In this document: positions 1 through 12,784 of the stretch, one piece after another
How positions within the stretch are numbered: position 1 is the first letter of the stretch
Layout of the letters: each line of letters begins with the position of its first letter
From: Octopus vulgaris
Taxonomy: Eukaryota
Assembly (NCBI GenBank): GCA_951406725.2
Contig: OX597825.1
Span: forward strand, 53,320,001 to 53,384,000
Direction: 5' to 3'
Length of the DNA: 64,000 nt
The notes under the pieces: model-generated
What the model was told of the DNA's origin: nothing
Database searches by the model: none
Seen by the model: the letters and a program-made list of their open reading frames with translations, nothing else
Translations under genes and position numbers: made by a program

Positions 1-103
1 TCCGTAAGAATGAAATAATCTTGAAGGCTTTGTAAGTTCTGTGCGTCTGATTATGTTTGGAGGACAGTTCTCTGGTGTGCTGATGAAGTATCGTTTTCGT
101 ATA

Positions 104-495
104 CGAGTTGCATTCCAGAATTTTAAAAACTTTTTCAGGTGAGACATTTATTGAATTCTCAAAAGTACGAAACCATAATCTCCTTCAAATTTGGTTTCTC
201 TGACTTCAATACTCTTGTTGTTGTGCTCCAAAGTGAAGATGTACAAGACCTTGTAACAGCCTCCATCTTCCCAGCGTCTTCAAAACAAGTAACCCTGAGC
301 TTTGCTTCTGCTTGGGAAACAACTAAAAGTTACAGGGAGCAACGTTTGGACTAAAGGCACGGTGAGGGACAGTTTGGGTGCCTATTTCTCTGAAGTAGTT
401 AAACAGTGGGATACAATTGTGACTAGCAGCATTAAGTAGGGTGTGTTGAAAGTGCTATTACAGCCGTCTTATCTAGTCTGGAACAGAGTGTTGGG
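104..495 (-). mobile_element. mariner transposon 3' fragment (decayed transposase C-terminus and terminal inverted repeat, TIR)
   Basis: Minus strand reads PHRAFSPNVAPCNF*LFPK (mariner PHPPYSPDLAPxDFxLFPK) and KSIEVRETKFEGD; TIR-like TA|CGAGTTGCATTCCAGAA begins at 104. Confidence 0.75.
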
Positions 496-779
496 TGGTC
501 AGCTTATTAAAAGTGTAGTAATGATATACTAAATTTTCAATAATCTAAGACAGTTACAACTATAGTTATATTTTATGATATGGTTTATACAATATAATGT
601 ATTTAGCTCCACAAACTTATGCGCTTACTTTAAAGAAAAAGTACCCTATAATATTTAAACGGCATCTGGAGATATCTGCAAAGGACATACGAGACGAATT
701 ACAGATACTCGGTAACATCTTGTCAAACACCTATGTACATGAGTAGGTTATAATGTCATAGGACATTAAATATATGGGG

Positions 780-1797
780 GTCGATAAAGAAACGGGAACT
801 GCATTTGATTTGATGCCCTCAGCAAGGTCAGATAACCAGGTAGGAAGGAAAGGTTATTGAAAGGAAGGTGGGTTGGGTTGAGATCTGGAAGTGGAGCACC
901 ATGCGGTTGAGTTTCCTTCTTCAAACCACCTATGATATATAGCCTACCCCACGCAATCTGCTGAGACAGAAAGTAGTAAATGAGGACAAATATAAATGTG
1001 GAAAAGTTAGCACAGTAAAGCATATTCTATCTTACTGCTCAATGGTGTTGGAAATGTACACATGGAGGCACAATGTGATCTTCAAAATTCTCTATAGTGC
1101 CACCAAGAAGCAGATGGGAGGAACGAATGGTGACAAAGAAGCGCAGAAAGATGGCTGTAAATGGTCTATAACGTTTGTCTGCCAAATTCAAGATAGCTAT
1201 CCTAACCAGACGAAAATTAAGAAATGGGATGTCACATGGGAAGCAGCAACAGAGCTTGTAGGGTCTGAATTCCTCTTTTCAATACCAACAGTGAAGGGGT
1301 TGGATATGTCAATATGGCCTGAGGAACGTAACCTAAGACATCTTGTCGAATTAAAGGTTGCACATAGAGACAATTAAGAAAAGACGATAATATGAGGTGC
1401 TACTGGAAGACAGTATTGAAGCTAGTTGGGGTGCTGTACACTTTCCGGTTCGAATTGAATGTAGGGGTTTTATTGGTACCATACTATGACGGTGGCGTCT
1501 AATCAAATGTTGTCCAATATCGGTAAGCAGACGTCATCTTAAAGAAGACGCAAGCGGCAGATGGCTGAAAAGTGATGATGGAACCTGGCTGGAGAGGCAA
1601 TGATATTAAAATAGACTTGAGGTTGGATACTAGTCAGTCGAAAAAGGATGTGGGGCCTCATATCAGGTTGGGGCCGAGCGACGTAAAGCTGTCGATAGGA
1701 AGGGTTCCCAAACCAAGCGCATTCTCTCCTGATAATCTCTTAAACATCCTGGCATCAGGACTGACTGCACTTGCACTGGTAAGGTGGTTCCAAACTC
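780..1797 (+). mobile_element. HERO-like non-LTR retrotransposon 3' fragment with restriction-like endonuclease (RLE)
   Basis: Reads IWKWSTMRLSFLLQTTYDI*PTPRNL..KCGKVSTVKHILSYC..YTWRHN (CCHC/RHN), then LDMSIWPEE..LVELKV (PD..ExK-like) and VHFPVRIECRGFIG; stops and frameshifts present. Confidence 0.75.
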
Positions 1798-2591
1798 TTG
1801 TTATTCTACCTTGTATTCTTCTCTCGAATGACTCACATTTTGACCAGATGTCAGATTCTTGCAATTTCTTCAATGTAGATATCTTTAGTAAAACAAAACT
1901 GAACTTTTAGTCATTTTTGCGCTCTAACAATTACATGCCATTGATGGGTCCTCTGAGTTTTCTTCCAAATTCATACACCTACTTCTTCAAAAAAATGTTC
2001 TCAACAACTTCCGTTTCCTTCACCTCCCGACCTAACCTTGTCATCCTTTCTTTCAAAGAAGACATAGCTTTGTTTCTGAGAGATCAGAATATATGTATAT
2101 AATTTGTCTTGAGCATGGAAGAAGAGGAGTACTACATGTTGTCATTAGAGAGATGCAAGTTCATTCATACTCCAAAGTGGATAGGATTCTAAAATGTCTG
2201 CAAATGTAGGAGAGATAGAGAGAGAGAAAGAGAGACAGAGCATTGCTCTCTTCTCCCATCTTTCTTTTCACTCCCTCTCCTTTTCTCTCTATATATATGC
2301 GTGTGTGTGCGTGCGTATGTATATATACGTATACAGTATGCACATTTTAATACATACATATGTATCTTTACCCAAAGATCCCTGATTATCTTCCTCTGTC
2401 TAGAACTCCATGTTTCACAATATAGCGGTGACATGAAACAATATAGGTAAAGAAATTTGAGAAATTTGAAAAGAAAATACGAAACCAGTTATTTCTCCAA
2501 AAACAATGTTACTATACGCAAAATTTTATAACATTTTCCTAACATAACGATTTAAATATATTCTTTAACCATATAACACAACCCTTCTGTA

Positions 2592-2592
<1 letters not shown>

Positions 2593-2650
<58 letters not shown>
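2593..2650. repeat. (TA)n microsatellite, representative of dozens in the window
   Basis: Directly visible; similar arrays near 10990, 20905, 21330-21520, 23990, 32570, 37672, 42417 and 62280. Confidence 0.95.
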
Positions 2651-2655
<5 letters not shown>

Positions 2656-3687
2656 ATATAATATGCCTATTTTAATATATACAAACACATCTTTACATAT
2701 GTACATGTATATATATATTTATATACATGTATAAACAAAAATACTAGTATGATGTGTATAAGCATATATTACACACACACCAACACATACATACGTAAAT
2801 ATGTAGAGAGAGAGAGATGTGAAGGCAAATTTACACATAGAAGGGAAGGTACAATAATAGAGAAATAGCTAACTATAGACTGACACATATTTACATATGC
2901 ATATATGCGCGAGTATAATTGAAACTTTGAGTTATTTCGCAGGAAATGAACTTCTTCCGGCTGTGGATGTATGTGAACATGATTCTCTCGTTGTGTGCAT
3001 ATCTTCACAAGCGTATAAGAATAGACACGTGTTTCTATGCATATGTGATTGTGCGTGTGTGCGCGCAGACGTGTATATATGTACATGTAACATATATATG
3101 TATGTACATATATAGAAAACGCATACATGCCAGATATATATTTTCATTTCCTTATTTCAATTAATACCCACGCGAATGACCTCTTTATATAAGCTTTGTG
3201 CTTTTACCTTCAGAGTTCGCTACCCAACAAGGAACCCAGCTTGTCATTGTATAGTCACACTCTATAGAGTTACTGGGAACATTTTATCGTCTTGTTTGTC
3301 CGTGTGCTTGTAAATAGAGGGAAGTTACAAGAGAGTTACAAAATGACTCTAGAGGCTACTATTACGTTCAGAGCATTTATGATTCTTATAAAAATTATTT
3401 TAAACAGCAAAATTAACATGCGTCCATTTATTCTCTTACTTGTGTCAGTCATTTGACTGTGGCCGTTCTTTTGGTTAAACAATATTATCTCCAGCTGCTT
3501 CAGATACCAAGATATCAAAAATTGTCAAAGTGTAGTACAACGGTTTTACTATGGAATGACGAATTGTTTCGTTTTCTGAAAAAGCAACGCTTTGGACTTT
3601 TGTATATTTGCATATATATATATATACTTTTGTATATTTGCAACGATATACTTTTGTATATTTGTAAAGATATACACACTTAGATAC

Positions 3688-3718
<31 letters not shown>

Positions 3719-3945
3719 CTGGAATACTACTTCTTGCTATGACCTCCCTACACGAAATAAAATATTGTGATACACGAAGCTCCTTAGGGATCGACCACAA
3801 AGGATGTCGATGTAACAGATCTTGATTATTGCGATCGTCACGAGAAAGTCCAACTTTATTCCCTACCACGTCGCAGTGAGCGCTATATTATCTGAATGAT
3901 GTCAAGGATATTCCAACTCAATCGGCAAAATGATGTTGGCATTTC

Positions 3946-4015
<70 letters not shown>

Positions 4016-4061
4016 TGTGTGTGTGTGTCTGTGTCTGTGCGTGTGTGTGTGTGCGTGTGTG
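3946..4061. repeat. (GT)n microsatellite
   Basis: Directly visible. Confidence 0.95.
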
Positions 4062-4214
4062 TTCGTGACGCGGAAGAATACTCTGAAAGAGAAGACCGGT
4101 CGCATTCTCGCTTTATGCAAGTTCCGGTGTGTTACATTCATCATTTATTTATTGTCATTCATTCATTTTTTAAATCCTTTTCAATACCTTTCTCAACACA
4201 GTTCTATATTTAAG

Positions 4215-4382
4215 AGATGAGGAATTATGCACATTATTTACATTATTTACACTTGACAGATATTTGTCCTCATCTTGTTTGTTGTTAACACAACGTTTCG
4301 GCTGATATACCCTCCAGATTTTATCAGGTATATTGGGGAAATTTCGAACCTGGGTTCTCATTCCTAAGGTATTTTTCGATAT
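4215..4382 (-). mobile_element. PLE terminal-repeat-like non-coding repeat with minimal HHR (family A, copy 1)
   Basis: Reverse complement of 5665-5810 and same orientation as 55181-55325; minus strand has CTGATAA..CTGGAGGGTATATCAGCC GAAAC GTT GTGT at 4287-4332. Confidence 0.75.
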
Positions 4383-4420
4383 TGTTGTTGTTGTTGTTGT
4401 TGTTGTTGTTATTGTTGTCA

Positions 4421-4491
<71 letters not shown>

Positions 4492-4498
4492 GCCCGTG

Positions 4499-4572
4499 GG
4501 CATATGGCGTAGTAGTTAAGAGCGCGGGCTACTAACCCCAAGATTCCGAGTTCCATTCCAGACAGTGACCTG
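4499..4572 (+). mobile_element. short tRNA-derived SINE or tRNA-like pseudogene in (ATT)n
   Basis: A-box TGGCGTAGTAGTTAAG, anticodon-arm-like CGGG-CTACTAA-CCCC, B-box-like GAGTTCCATTCC, AAT-rich tail; second copy at 36055-36129. Confidence 0.7.
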
Positions 4573-4610
4573 TATAATAATAGCAATTGTAATAATAATA
4601 ATAACAATAA

Positions 4611-5598
4611 TATTGTTGGCATCCTCTTTGTCTCAGGAGACAACGGAGTTGCGCATAAAGTAATCTAGTTCGGCTTTTACATTTCATGTTCTAATACATT
4701 TCCTGCTGTGGCTGTGTAGTCCTATCCTGGACAAACACTCCCTCTGGCAGGTGCTGCAAATGTAGCGAAGATTTTTTTCCTGGCTCGTTGTATTGTCATA
4801 GTTTCTGGTTGACGTCTTTTCTTGTCTTTTCATTTCTCCTCTCTCTGTCACTCCTTTGTGTTCCCTCTTTTACGGTACGTCACCAATCTCTACGGTTGCT
4901 GGCAACTGCTTCCCAGTTGCTAATATTGATGTTGCAGGCCTTCATGTCCCTTTTACAAACATCCTTGTATCGTAAGAACGGACTTCCCACAGACCTAGTG
5001 CCCCTAGCAAGCTCTCCGTAGAGTATGTTCTTGGGGATTCTGCCATCTTCCATACGGCTAACATGTCCAAGCCATCTCATACGTCTATGTGAGGAGTGCA
5101 AGCATGCTTGGTATTCCTGCTTGCCTGAGGACATCATTGTTGGGGACATGATTCTGCCATTTGGTGCGGAGGATTTTCCGGAGCCTGCGCAGGTGAAAGT
5201 TGTTTACGCGACGCTCTTGGCGTGTGTATGGCGTCTAAGTCTCACTTCCATACAGTAGAGTGCTAAGTACACATGCCTGGTAGATCTTCATTTTTATGGT
5301 CTTGATCAGCTTATTGTTGTCACATGCCCGTTTGGAGAGTTGGGCCATCACAGCAGCTGCCTTGCCAATGCGTATATTGAGCTCAGCATCAAGGGATAGG
5401 TTGTAGGTGACGGTAGAGCCAAGATAGATAAACTTCTCCACTTCCTGTAATCTGTGGTTTCCAATATGTATGTTTGGGGTGTCCGACCCATGCTTTTGGT
5501 CTTCTTGAGGCTGATAACTAAGCCAAAGTCGTTACATGCTTGCTCAAAACAGTTGATGAGCCTTTGGAGGGCTTCTTCTGTGTGTGATACCAGAGCGG
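4611..5598 (-). mobile_element. RTE-clade (BovB-like) LINE, 5'-truncated
   Basis: FIYLGSTVTYNLSLDAELNIRIGKA, RRMRWLGHVSRMEDGRIPKNILYGEL, RYKDVCKRDMK, terminal CSTCQRECLSRIGLHSH; 3' UTR ends GATGCCAACAA. Confidence 0.92.
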
Positions 5599-5623
5599 CA
5601 ATAATAATAATAATAATAATAAT

Positions 5624-5663
<40 letters not shown>

Positions 5664-5664
5664 C

Positions 5665-5810
5665 CGACAAATACTTTAGAAATGAGAACCCAGGTTCAAA
5701 ATTTCCCCAAGACACTTGATAATGGCTGGAGGGTACATCAGCCGAAACGTCGTGTTAACAAGCAAGATGAGGACAATTATCCGTCGATTGTAAATAATGT
5801 AAATAATGTA
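5665..5810 (+). mobile_element. PLE terminal-repeat-like repeat (family A, copy 2)
   Basis: Inverted relative to 4215-4382; contains the HHR at 5711-5756. Confidence 0.75.
5711..5756 (+). ncRNA. minimal type I hammerhead ribozyme motif (U3:A8 core)
   Basis: GACAC TTGATAA T GGCTG-10nt-CAGCC GAAAC GTC GTGTT: stem I GACAC/GTGTT, stem II GGCTG/CAGCC, GUC triplet. Confidence 0.7.
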
Positions 5811-6008
5811 CCTTTGTCAACATACCACAGCACGCCATTCTCTATTTCTTCCTCATGGTTCCAAGGCATGTTTTGGTTTTGTATCTGTTTAGAGATAAGA
5901 GACATGTCTCTTAACTTGTGTTTCTACAGTTCTACAAGAGCCTAATGTATTTTATATTTCTGGAGCTGATATAATTTCTAACGCCTCTGTGCCATTTCCG
6001 CTGACATT

Positions 6009-7724
6009 CCATATATTTCTATGTATAAGGCGATCTACAGATAAGACGACCCAAAAATCCGAGTAAAAGTTCATAACTTTAGCTAATTTCGGATGTATAA
6101 GACAACCTTTAAAACACGAAACTCGCTTATGTTAGCCTAAGCCACAGTTACCATATAAAATACCGGGTATTAATTTAGGACAATTTTATTAGAGATGTTA
6201 TTTTACTTACCTTATACTTGAAAGTTAAGACATGGAACGATATATGGTATTAACATAAATTTGTATAACATGATGAAACAGATTCTTTCTTTAATGCTGT
6301 CGATTGTAACGTCGTAAACAAAGGCGTGTTCATGCAACCGAATTATTTGAAACGTTCAAAGCAGCTGACGACTGACGAGCTCATTATATCAACAAATAGC
6401 TTTATTCTTCTTCTGTTTAAAGCGCTTCAACGATAATGGTAGTTTTCACTTCTTTTTCTCTCTGATTCAGTCTGTTCTTGACTCTCCTACCAACCAGATA
6501 CAATTCTTTATATATCTATTATACTCAACCTACCAATAGAGCCGCCAAAAAATTCGAAGCAAGTTTTAAACTGAAACTTATTGAAGTTGCCAAGGCATCT
6601 AACGACTGTGCTGCAGCGAGAAATTTGATGTGACTTAGAAGATAGTAAGAGAATGGAGAAAGAAGATAATTTAAGCGACATGCCAAAGCTGAAATTTGCA
6701 AGGAGAAAAGGAACCACTCGTTGGCTAGAGTTGGAATATCATGTTTGCAAGTGGGTACTTGAACTGAGATAGGATGGATACTAAGTAACACGAAATAAGA
6801 TCATATGCATTAAAATGAGGAGAGTCCAACCAAGGCGAAATCCAGAGCTTAAAGCGACAGTAGGCTGGTGCAGTCGTTTCATGAATAGAAAGAATTTTGT
6901 GATACGACAAAAAATGAATATCGCTCAAAAGATACCAAGAGACCTTGACCATAAAGTTACAAATTTTCATCGATTTATTGTTGGGATGAGACAAAGACAT
7001 CAGTTTCCTACGTCATGTTTTGGAAACATGGATGAGGCCCCATTAAACTTTGATATGATGAATGAGAGAACGGTTGACATGAAAAGCGCAAAAGTCATGC
7101 ATGTTAGAGGCACGGGTCATGAAAATACAAGGTTTACGGTCGTATATCGTGCATGACTAACGGAACGAAACTGAAACCTATGATAGGATGATATGCTGTA
7201 TGAGAGTGAAGATCAAACAGAAGTCGACTCATCAGATTCTTACTGGGACCCTTACGATGAAACGGTACATGACGATTTGCTAGACGAAACTTTTGGGTCA
7301 GATGATGATAATTGTAGCAATTTTAAAGGAGTAAATGTGTGAAACATCTAAATAACAGTGTTCATGTGGTATGTTTAACTTTTTGTATTATTTTTATTAA
7401 AATTGATAATCTTAGTGTAATATGTTTTGTAAAACGTTTTCTTAAATTCGCTGTCTTAGTGAGAAATAAAAGGTTTAGGTAATGACAGTTCTTTTACATT
7501 ATTAATGTTGTATATTAATGTGAATTGTTTTAAATACAAGTGCTTACATCTGTAGTTACTGTACAGAGGCTGTCATCGGTATTAAGTTCAGGTTAGGCTT
7601 GGTATCTGTACAAATACACCACAAGATGTAAAGTTCACTTTTTATTACTGCTATATAAGACGACCCTCAATTTCGGTGTGATTTTTGGACTCTAAAAGGT
7701 CGTCCTATACACCAAAATATACGG
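6009..7724 (+). mobile_element. pogo/Tc2-type (POGK-like) DNA transposon, internally deleted
   Basis: Brinker-like FEASFKLKLIEVAK, CENP-B-type HTH LKATVGWCSRFMNR, catalytic start GNMDEAPLNFDM and GTGHENTRFTVV, then a jump to the acidic tail; ends CCATATATTT...AAAATATACGG with subterminal ATAAGACGACCC repeats. Confidence 0.85.
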
Positions 7725-9059
7725 AAGTTATAATTATTGCCGACAAATTACAATACTTTGAAGTCGTAGCTACGGTAACACTGTAGTCGCAGGGATTTTT
7801 CCTTCACGACTACACGGCATAGAAGAGGTTGGAAAAATATCAGTTTTGCGAATCTCTCTCGCGTACAAGTCCTTTCCGTCCCCACATTGCGTATAACCTG
7901 CCAATACTGAGGCACAATCTTGACAACAGCGAAAGGTTGTGAGCATACCTAATGTTCTACACTTTAAGACTCGTCCTTGTTCTCCAATATGCAGTGGCCC
8001 TAGCCTATTAGCAAATTATGACAGAGGTTCGGGGATTGCATTTACATTCCAACATCCAATTTTGGAACAAGGTATGCTATCCCAGAATCCGCATTTCAAG
8101 TGATAAAGAGATATTGCTGTGTCCTTCTACCAATTTTACCTCTAGTACTTGCTTTAAGATCATATCGATTTGTTCAGATAGCCAGAGATATGATATTTGC
8201 TTGATGTAGTTTATGACTTCTGATAAATAGGTGTTTCCGTTGGTCACAGTTTTCTAGCTTACAGATCTTTTCTGAGTTAAGTCATTCATGTTCAACATCT
8301 CTCATTAGTTAGCAACGCTAGCAAACGAATGTTGATAGCCAAGCTTGTGTCACTCAAAGCAACACCGTTACTCATTAAAATTTGCTTGTTTTTATTTTTC
8401 CTTTGGTAAAATGCACATGTGTATGCTTCAATAGCTGTGGATTTTGTTGGTAAAACTAATTCTGAAATTGCTTTGAACTCTTAAAATATGATCATGCTTT
8501 TAGACTTGCCATAAAATGTGTTTTATTGCTTTTGTGTCTCCTGTGTGCTATAAAGCTCATCTTCATATTTTAAGGCCTTTTCTCTAAAAAAAAAGTGATA
8601 TTGATTTGGAATGTTAACAAAGAGATAAAAATATGATTACCTCAAGTATAGAGGGTCTAATATGTCCCCCGAAACAGAGTAAACAACCACCAGGTTTCAG
8701 AATCTTCCTTGCTCGGAATTTCCAACAAGAAATATTTTTCTTTCAATTGTACTAAAGAATCCAAATTACTCTATGTGAGCTAAAATCTTGTCTCTTACTA
8801 AATTTCAATGCTTCTTTCTTCCGATTGTCCACTGACCAATATGCATATGTGTGTATGTGTACATGTATGTATGTATGTATGTATGTATGTATGTATGTAT
8901 GTATGTATGTATGTATGTATGTATGTACATATATGCTTATAATGTACATAGTAAGAAGTTCTATGACACGTAGAAGTGCGGTTAAAATATCTGAAGGCAA
9001 TAGGAATTGGAAACGAATCAATACATAACAAAAATTATTAATTTTTTATTAATTAAATT

Positions 9060-9600
9060 TTTATATGGATTCGATTTACAATTTCAATTTTCAAAACAAA
9101 AACTAAAATAATACACTTAAGTGTCATCGATTTCGGGTTATCAATTCTAGATTTCCATCATCAAAAATACTTCTTCAAAATAAGGCAAGTAAGTCAGAGA
9201 TAGATCAAATATTAGAATCTAATATGAACCAATTTTCCTATATCTTTTATTTCTTATTTTTAATTCATTCTTCTACATTTAATCATTTTATTTCATAGAT
9301 TTTGTGCTTTTGGTTATATTTTCGGGTTATATTTTTTCTTCACGAAGTCGAAATAACTTTGCTACACACAAAACCGTATATGTTTAATTACCAACATTTT
9401 TCATATACTCTTCATTTTCTCCAATCTTGGAGACGGCGGGAAATTGGATTTCATTTCAAGAACGAATATTTTGGGAAACAGATAAAGCGATGTTATTTTG
9501 GGCTCGGCTCTACTGAGTTTGGCCTCGTATTTAACTATGAAAAAATATTCACTTCCTGTAAGGATATTTCTGTGTGCCAAATTGGTAACAAAAGATGTCA
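9060..9600 (-). mobile_element. decayed PLE 3' fragment with degenerate HHR
   Basis: Minus RNILTGSEYFF resembles PFLLEGSEFTF of the PLE at about 41540; degenerate TTGATGA..GAAATCGAT motif at about 9121-9176. Confidence 0.4.
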
Positions 9601-9937
9601 GCCGTTGCGCAGAAACACTGATACAGACATACAAGCACACACACATACAAATACATATATGCATGTTTATATTCTTGCATGTACGTATACATGCGTTGAT
9701 GAGTGTGTGTACAGATATGGAAAGGATAAGACAGAAACCTACATACACAGTAAAACAGACACAAAGACACACATACATATACGCATGCGTATGCATAAGT
9801 GTGTGTGTATGTACATATGTATATGTGAAAACAAATATGCATACATAGATACATACATTTTATATTATATATATATATATACGTATATGTAAATATATAT
9901 ATATGTACATAATATATATAATATATACATATATAAC

Positions 9938-10700
9938 TCCCAATAGTGTTTAAAAGACTGCGAGCTAAAAACAGTAATAAGATACCTAATCAATATTTTT
10001 CAAAGGAAATATTTTATAAAGAAGATCCCTACTATAACAGTAGCTTAAAAGCGGTTTACGAGATAGGATATCATACAAACCTTCAGGTGAAAATACAAAG
10101 CCTGAAATAGACAACCAAAGGAATGATATGTTTCATCCCGCCATTTTCTTCTTAAATATTAAACCTAACATCGTCAAAAAATTTCTGACATTATTAAATA
10201 AGCATTCCTTAGTAAACCTCAAATACTTGAAGTTTCTTAATGGATACTTGATAAAAAAAAAACACAGGGTGCTATTGCCTCCATGTAAAGGTCATTAACA
10301 CCCACAAGTCGCATTAAGAGCCGACGCCAAGTTATATTTGTTGAAAACCTGAAACTTGACCGCTCGAACAAACGTGAATCATAAACTCAGCTGCTTATTG
10401 AGCAATTGTTTAAAGCCATAATGCAAACCAGCACTCTTTCAGACACATTAATAAAAATATAGCCAGTAAGTTGGCTAACCATGTATATGATCTGAAGACA
10501 GACTGCATACCACATACAATCAAGTGAAGAAACGTGGAATAATTTACGCTATATATAAATGGATGAAAGTAATGGAAATAATGTGAAGTTGATAGATCGT
10601 GTATTGTTTTTTAGATTCATTAATTCCACCAAAAAAATTAATTTTATAAATGAAATATTTAGCATATCAAAATACATGGATAAAATTCATTTGTCCCTCT
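9938..10700 (+). mobile_element. decayed PLE, RT-thumb to GIY-YIG region (Naiad-like)
   Basis: LNIKPNIVKKFLTLLNKH (cf. NVKTNIGKxFLxLIDKHF) and QHSFRHINKNIASKLANHVYDLK; many frameshifts. Confidence 0.6.
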
Positions 10701-10986
10701 CAAGATTGAGTCGTTATCTTACAGACTTTGCTCTCCTTTCCGATATATTACTCTGAACTAGCTAGATTGATTATAGCATTTATAGTAGAAAAAAGGGGAC
10801 GCAGAGCTTCGTTTTCTCACTTTTCTTTCTCCTCGTTCTACTTTTTACTATCAAATTTTTAGTTTTATTGTTGCTTTTTTTCTCCTTCTATGATTTCTCT
10901 GAGACCGGCTTCCTCTTTTTCAAATAGGCCTAACATTATGCACTGAGACTGTAGTATTGCTTCGAGACACAAGGCACGTTGACTAC

Positions 10987-11050
<64 letters not shown>

Positions 11051-11106
11051 TGAATCTATATACATTTACATATATTTAGATGTACATGTATATATTGGTA
11101 CACGGT

Positions 11107-11927
11107 GCGTAAGTTATTTGAGGACGAACAATTTTTGGGTCATTGCTGCATCTTTCGTCTACAAAGTTTGTAAGAAGCTAGAGACTGAAGATGGAGACGT
11201 CTCACTAGTATCAAAGCATAAAAAACATTCTAAACACTTTGAAAACATAAGAACACCTGAATTTATCCAGCACTTCAGCAGACCATTGATTACAATCCCA
11301 GAAAGTCCATAAGGTCAGTTGCAAATGATTTCCGTGTGTCAGAAAGAACAGTCAGAAATGTTGTCCACGAAGACATCACTTAGAGCTCTTATATCATGAG
11401 GAAAGGTGGTGTATTTGTCAGAAAAAGTGAAAGAAAATCTCTACATCAGATCTAAGAGGCTAATAATCAAATTGAAAAATCCAACAGAAGTTTTGATTTG
11501 TTTTTTCTCAAACGAGAAAAACTTCGACCAAGATCAAAAAGTTAACAGAAGAAATGACAGATGGTTATGTGCAGATCCTTTTGAAGTTCTAAGTTTTATA
11601 TTTACAAAATTTTCTGCAACTGTCATGATTTTATGGATTGTCAGCAATGAAGAACATGTGATCCCTCCTTACTTCTTTCTACAAAGCCTTAGAGTCAAGT
11701 CTGCTGCCTACCTTGGGGTCCTTGAAATAATTGTTGAGCCCTGGATAGACAGTGTTTGCAATATAAGGCTATATGTGTTTCAGTAAGACTTTGCACTATC
11801 ACACATGGCTCTAGTAACACAGGAATGGATGATTGAAAATTTTGATGATCACATAACTCGTAACATTTGGCCTCTTCATTCTCCAGATCTCAATCCATTG
11901 GAGTATTACATGTGGAGCTTTGTTGAG
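11107..11927 (+). mobile_element. maT/DD37D Tc1-mariner transposase pseudogene
   Basis: VSERTVRNVVHED, FFSNEKNFDQDQKVNRRNDRWL, YVFQ*DFALSH, WPLHSPDLNPLEYYMW; truncated by the Helitron array. Confidence 0.85.
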
Positions 11928-12631
11928 AGTCCGAGAGAAAGTAAGAGTAAGAGAGTGGGAAAGTGAGAGAGAAAGGAGAGAGAAACAAAGAGGAAGAATG
12001 TGGTGATAAAAAGCAGAAAGAAAACAACAGAAGGTAACAACCACACTCTTACCCGCGCGTAGAGCGGGGCACCTTAATCTACTCAATATCTATAAATCTG
12101 AAATGTGAAAAGTTTGTTTGTCTGGTTTTGGCATTGGAACGGGTTAGAGGCCACTAGATCCCGTCGGATTGACTCCAAAATTTACAGGGACATGTAAAAT
12201 GAGGTGAGAATGTCAGTGGGCTAGGTTAGAAATTCCTATCTTAAAAGGTGTCGTTACTAGGGCAAAAAACGCACACATGACAATTCTCCTCTCATTCTCT
12301 CATCTGCATGTCTTCCTCCGTCTCTCTCTGTTTCCTCCCTTCTCATTACTTTCACTCTATAACGACGTTTGACAGACACTACTATCTTTCCCCCGCCGGC
12401 TTCGCTAGCGCTGTCCCTCTTTCCCCCCACTGCCTCCCCTTCTCTCTCTCTCTCTCTTTCTCTCTCTGTATGCATTCATAGAGTTTTATAATCACCACCA
12501 CGACCACCACACAATCATGAGAACAAATATTATGAATCAAATATTTATTGGGTTAATTTATATATGTTTGTGTGTATGTTCCATATATAAATATGTATAT
12601 ATAATGTATATATACGAAGTGTATATATCTG

Positions 12632-12679
<48 letters not shown>

Positions 12680-12748
12680 GTATACATTTGTATATATAAT
12701 GCGTACACGCACGCACACGCACACATATAGATATATATATATATAATG

Positions 12749-12784
<36 letters not shown>

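Noticed and set aside
1800-2100. Charged minus-strand reading (MSSLKERMTRLGREVKE..)
   Set aside because: Multiple stops and no recognisable family.
4064-4105. HHR-like GCGGAAGA..CTC-TGAAA-GAG..ACCGGTCGC
   Set aside because: Both core boxes are broken; cannot be supported from one copy.
4499-4572. Functional tRNA-Ser gene (ACT here, GCT in the 36055 copy)
   Set aside because: No proper acceptor stem or long variable arm, the anticodon differs between copies, and there is an AAT tail; better explained as a SINE.
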